DNA of 64,000 nucleotides. Origin: Acidimicrobiia bacterium (lineage in GTDB: Bacteria > Actinomycetota > Acidimicrobiia > Acidimicrobiales > Bin134). The stretch's first letter is position 1. Every line of letters starts with the position of its first letter. Positions 60,735 to 64,000 of the stretch are shown here, in pieces. Below the pieces are notes generated by a model that had not been told where the DNA came from, did no database searches, and worked only from the letters and a program-made list of their open reading frames with translations. The stretch covers positions 41,186 through 105,185 of the forward strand of contig JAJEGM010000044.1 in NCBI GenBank assembly GCA_022819825.1, in the 5' to 3' direction. The translations under genes and the position numbers were made by a program.

Positions 60735-63038
60735 ATGAGCCAGGAGACCGCACGGCCTGAGCCCTACCAGGGATGGGAGGGGCGGGCGGGGCGCACGGTG
60801 GCGGGGTCTGATCCGTGGTGGCCTGAGGCGGTGCGGGCGCCGGAGGGGGCGCCGAACATCGTGGTGGTGCTGGTGGACGACCTGGGGTTTGCCGATCTGG
60901 GGTGCTACGGCGCCGAGATCGACACCCCCCACCTCGACCAGATGGCGTCCGAGGGGCTGCGCTACCTGAACTTCCACGTCAACCCCATGTGCTCGCCCAC
61001 TAGGGCGTCGCTGCTCACCGGGCTCAACCACCACGACGTGGGGGTGGGCCACGTGTGCCACTCCGACCCCGGCTACCCCGGCTACACCGCCGAGCTCACC
61101 GAGCACTGCGCCACGGTGGCCGAGATCCTGCGGGCGGGCGGCTACGCCACCTTCATGGTGGGCAAGTGGCACCTGTGCAAAGACTCCAACCTGGTGGGCC
61201 CCCGCCACTCGTGGCCGCTCCAGCGGGGGTTCGACCACTACTACGGCTTCCTCGACGGGTTCACCAACTTCCACCACCCCCACCGGCTGATTCGCGACAA
61301 CAGCGTGGTGCGCACCGACCAGTACCCCGACGGCTACTACTTCACCGACGACATCACCGACGAGGCCATCTCCATGGTGCGGGAGCAGAAGGCGGCCCGG
61401 CCCGACCAGCCGTTCTTCCTGTACCTGTCGCACGGGGCGGTCCACGCCCCGCTCCAGGCCAAGCAGGCCGACATCGAGAAGTACCGGGGGGCCTACGACT
61501 CCGGCTGGGACGAGATCCGCCAGCGCCGCTTCGACCGCCAAATCGAGCTGGGCCTCTTCGATGCCGATACCACGCTGCCGCCCCGCAACTCCGAGGAGCG
61601 CAACGACGTTCCGCCTTGGGACGAGCTGTCGGCCACCCAAAAGGAGGTGTTCGCCCGCTACATGGAGGTGTTCGCTGCCATGGTGGACAACGTCGACCAG
61701 AACTTCGGGCGGCTGCGGGCCGCGTTGGAGGAGCTGGGCGAGTGGGACAACACGCTGGTGCTGTTCACCTCCGACAACGGGGCGTCCCGGGAGGGCGAGG
61801 ACACCGGCTGCGCGCAGTACTTCGAGGTGCTGTCACCCACCCAGGGCGACATCGAGGCCGACCACGCCCGCCTCGACCTGCTGGGCGGCCCCCAAACCCT
61901 GGCCCACTATCCCCGGGGCTGGGCCATGGCCGGCAACACCCCCTTCCGGCTGTACAAGATCAACACCCACGCCGGAGGCCACCAAGTGGCCATGATCTCG
62001 TCGTGGCCGGAGCGGATCGCCGATCCCGGCGGTTTCCGGCGCCAGTACCTGCACATCACCGACGTGCTGCCCACCGTGCTCGACATCGTGGGGCTCAACG
62101 CCCCCGCCGAGCGCAACGGCCAGCCGCTGAAGGGCCCGCTGGCCGGGGCCAGCTTCGCCCCCACGTTCGCCGCCGCCGACGCGGCCGAGCGCCACACCGA
62201 GCAGTACTACGAGCAGATCGGCCACCGGGGGTTCTACCGCGACGGCTGGGAGGCGGTCACCCTGCACCTGCCCATGACCCCGTTCGGCGACCACGAGTGG
62301 GAGGTGTACAACCTCAACGACGACCCCACCGAGACGAAAGACCTCTCGGAAGCCGAGCCCGCCAAGCGCCAAGAGCTGATCGACGCCTGGGAGGAGGCCG
62401 CCCACCGCTACCAGGTGTACCCGCTGGACGAGGGCTCCATGCTCAAGTACGTGCAGCGGCCGCCCTCCGAAGAGGTGTACGAGACGCCGGTGCGCATCAC
62501 GCCGGGCACCGACACCCTGGAGCGCTACCGGAGCATGAAGATGATCCAGGCCCGCTCGTTCACCGTGGACATCGAGTTCGACTACGCCTCGGGCGACCAG
62601 GGCATGCTGGTGGCCCACGGCGACCAGGGCGGCGGCTACGCCTGCTACGTGGAGGGGGGTGAGGTGGTCTACGTCCACAACGGCTACGGCCACATGCGGC
62701 ACCTGAACAGCGGCCCGCTGGCCGAGGGCCGGCGCACCGTGCGGCTCGACTTCACCATCACCGACGGTTTCGCCTGGGATCTGCGTCTGCTGGTGGACGG
62801 CGTAGAGACCGCCGCCGGCGAGGACTTCACCGGAATGTGGACCATGGCCCCCTTCGAGGGCATTGATGTGGGCATCGATCGCCGCTCCCCCGTCTCATGG
62901 GACGTCTACCAGCGCCACGGCCCCTTCCCCTACACCAACACCATCGACTCCGCCACCTACACCCCCGGCCAACAAGGCCCCATGGCCGCCACCCACACCG
63001 TGGAAATCCTCAAACAAATGGGCGCCCGCTTCGAGTAA
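60735..63038 (+). CDS. Arylsulfatase, large (AtsA-like, ~770 aa) Cys-type
   Basis: Trimmed to ATG 60735 after GAGGAG. PNIVVVLVDDLGFADLG and CSPTRASLLTG motifs. Long C-terminal extension as in mycobacterial AtsA-type enzymes. Confidence 0.85.
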   Translation: MSQETARPEPYQGWEGRAGRTVAGSDPWWPEAVRAPEGAPNIVVVLVDDLGFADLGCYGAEIDTPHLDQMASEGLRYLNFHVNPMCSPTRASLLTGLNHHDVGVGHVCHSDPGYPGYTAELTEHCATVAEILRAGGYATFMVGKWHLCKDSNLVGPRHSWPLQRGFDHYYGFLDGFTNFHHPHRLIRDNSVVRTDQYPDGYYFTDDITDEAISMVREQKAARPDQPFFLYLSHGAVHAPLQAKQADIEKYRGAYDSGWDEIRQRRFDRQIELGLFDADTTLPPRNSEERNDVPPWDELSATQKEVFARYMEVFAAMVDNVDQNFGRLRAALEELGEWDNTLVLFTSDNGASREGEDTGCAQYFEVLSPTQGDIEADHARLDLLGGPQTLAHYPRGWAMAGNTPFRLYKINTHAGGHQVAMISSWPERIADPGGFRRQYLHITDVLPTVLDIVGLNAPAERNGQPLKGPLAGASFAPTFAAADAAERHTEQYYEQIGHRGFYRDGWEAVTLHLPMTPFGDHEWEVYNLNDDPTETKDLSEAEPAKRQELIDAWEEAAHRYQVYPLDEGSMLKYVQRPPSEEVYETPVRITPGTDTLERYRSMKMIQARSFTVDIEFDYASGDQGMLVAHGDQGGGYACYVEGGEVVYVHNGYGHMRHLNSGPLAEGRRTVRLDFTITDGFAWDLRLLVDGVETAAGEDFTGMWTMAPFEGIDVGIDRRSPVSWDVYQRHGPFPYTNTIDSATYTPGQQGPMAATHTVEILKQMGARFE

Positions 63039-63068
63039 GACTGGCCGGAAGCACACGAGGAGCTTTCC

Positions 63069-63869
63069 TTGGCCACTTGGCTACAACCTTCACCTTCTGA
63101 GCCGGGCAACCGGAAGCCGCCTTATCGGCATTTGATTCCGGCGGGGGTGTTGGTGGTTTTGCTGCCGGTGGCGGTTTGGCATCTGTTTGGGGATCAGACG
63201 GATTACTCGGATGACGACCTTCGGCTTTATTTCATCTGGCGGGCGCCGGGGTGGCTGAACGAGCTGGCCCACCCGATCGGGCTGGTGGCCTCGCTGGTGG
63301 TGCTGGCCGCGCTCCTTTGGCTGGCGGTGGAGTACTGGCTGGAGCCTTGGCGCAAGTGGTGGTTCTTCGTGCTGGGGCCGCTCTGCGTCATGGCGATCTA
63401 TGCCGGGTTGGCGGGCAGATACGCCACTGCGGGCATCACCGAGGATGACGAAGTAAACGTCTACGGATGGCTGAGCCTGTTGAGCGTGCCCGGGGTTGTT
63501 GCCGTGTTCTTCACGATGCTCGTGGTGGCGGCATCCAAGGTCCGGCCGGAAACGACCACCCGCTGCCTCGCCAAGGTAGGGCTCACGCCCACTAGGCGGA
63601 CGGCGATTGCGGCGATGCTGCTCGGCGGTCTCATTTCAGCCGGTCTCTCGCTCGGCATCGCTGCGGCCAAAACCGTGGCAGCGCCATCGAACAGCCTGTC
63701 ATTGAATGAGTCCATCAACATGTCGTTGATGTTTCTGCCCGTTCTCCTCTTCGTCGGGGTGATGGGGCTTCTCGTCTACCTGGCCCTGATGTCCGGAGGT
63801 CTCGTCCTCGCTTGGCTGCTGTTGTTCCGCTCCGCCGACCGGGTGCTCAAGAGAAGGAACTACTGGTAA
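63069..63869 (+). CDS. Hypothetical multi-pass membrane protein
   Basis: 266-aa ORF (TTG start in the track; real start uncertain) with six or more hydrophobic segments. No recognisable motif. Confidence 0.4.
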   Translation: MATWLQPSPSEPGNRKPPYRHLIPAGVLVVLLPVAVWHLFGDQTDYSDDDLRLYFIWRAPGWLNELAHPIGLVASLVVLAALLWLAVEYWLEPWRKWWFFVLGPLCVMAIYAGLAGRYATAGITEDDEVNVYGWLSLLSVPGVVAVFFTMLVVAASKVRPETTTRCLAKVGLTPTRRTAIAAMLLGGLISAGLSLGIAAAKTVAAPSNSLSLNESINMSLMFLPVLLFVGVMGLLVYLALMSGGLVLAWLLLFRSADRVLKRRNYW

Positions 63870-63880
63870 ACCAGGTCGCT

Positions 63881-64000
63881 CAGTCCCAGCGGGGGCGGGG
63901 GGATTGGGGGAGCCAGGAGTCGGGCTGCTGGGCGATGAGGTAGTTGTAGTCCCAGTATTCGCGCCAGTGTGCGATCTTTCCGTCGCGGATCTGGAGGCGG
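63881..64000 (-). CDS. 3' end of an NTF2/SnoaL-like protein gene (partial, runs off the window)
   Basis: Minus-strand translation ...RLQIRDGKIAHWREYWDYNYLIAQQPDSWLPQSPRPRWD* ends at TGA 63881-63883. GKI..REYWD is typical of SnoaL/limonene-epoxide-hydrolase-like C-termini. Confidence 0.35.

Noticed and set aside
60699-62702. Several 289-535-aa ORFs in other frames over the large arylsulfatase gene
   Set aside because: Arg/Pro/Gly-rich with no motifs. The sulfatase frame carries the CSPTR and N-terminal metal-binding motifs.

Overview
High-GC bacterial chromosomal segment. The gene style (ATGA/GTGA-coupled starts, leaderless-looking promoters, lipoprotein binding proteins) fits Actinomycetota, but the taxon cannot be proven from the sequence alone. 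No rRNA, CRISPR array, integrase, transposase or phage genes were found.

The window splits into two parts.

(1) 0.1-38.7 kb is a mosaic accessory catabolic block. It is bracketed by diverged direct copies of one gene: an intact copy at 106..1209 and a decayed copy at 38161..38620. It contains:
- a VapBC toxin-antitoxin pair;
- a complete pobA plus protocatechuate 4,5-cleavage set (ligAB, ligC, ligI, ligU, ligJ, ligK) with a GntR regulator, and a shared 14-bp palindrome in both divergent promoters;
- a GH1 glycosidase co-operonic with an Opp/Dpp-type ABC importer that has a fused permease-ATPase;
- a LysR regulator whose control region is duplicated (200 bp) around a 4.2-kb Rieske oxygenase / sulfatase / MBL cassette that carries gene relics;
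- a 12-kb cluster of FAD monooxygenase, extradiol dioxygenase, SDR, three FAH-family paralogues, CMD, hydrolases, P450 and cupin, with unknown substrate.

(2) 38.7-64 kb is mostly core-like. It contains three ABC exporters, tRNA-Ser, tadA, a CopC-like protein, xseAB, a paired acyl-CoA dehydrogenase operon, tRNA-Ala, a solute-binding protein, an HpcH aldolase, a small Type II restriction-modification module (53.5-55.6 kb), amidohydrolase and class II aldolase genes, a VOC protein and a large arylsulfatase.

Many long ORFs in the six-frame track are off-frame shadows typical of high-GC DNA and were not called. Several track ORFs were trimmed to internal starts supported by homologue N-termini, Shine-Dalgarno-like sequences or stop/start coupling. 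All family assignments come from motif and sequence recognition by eye; no database search was run.
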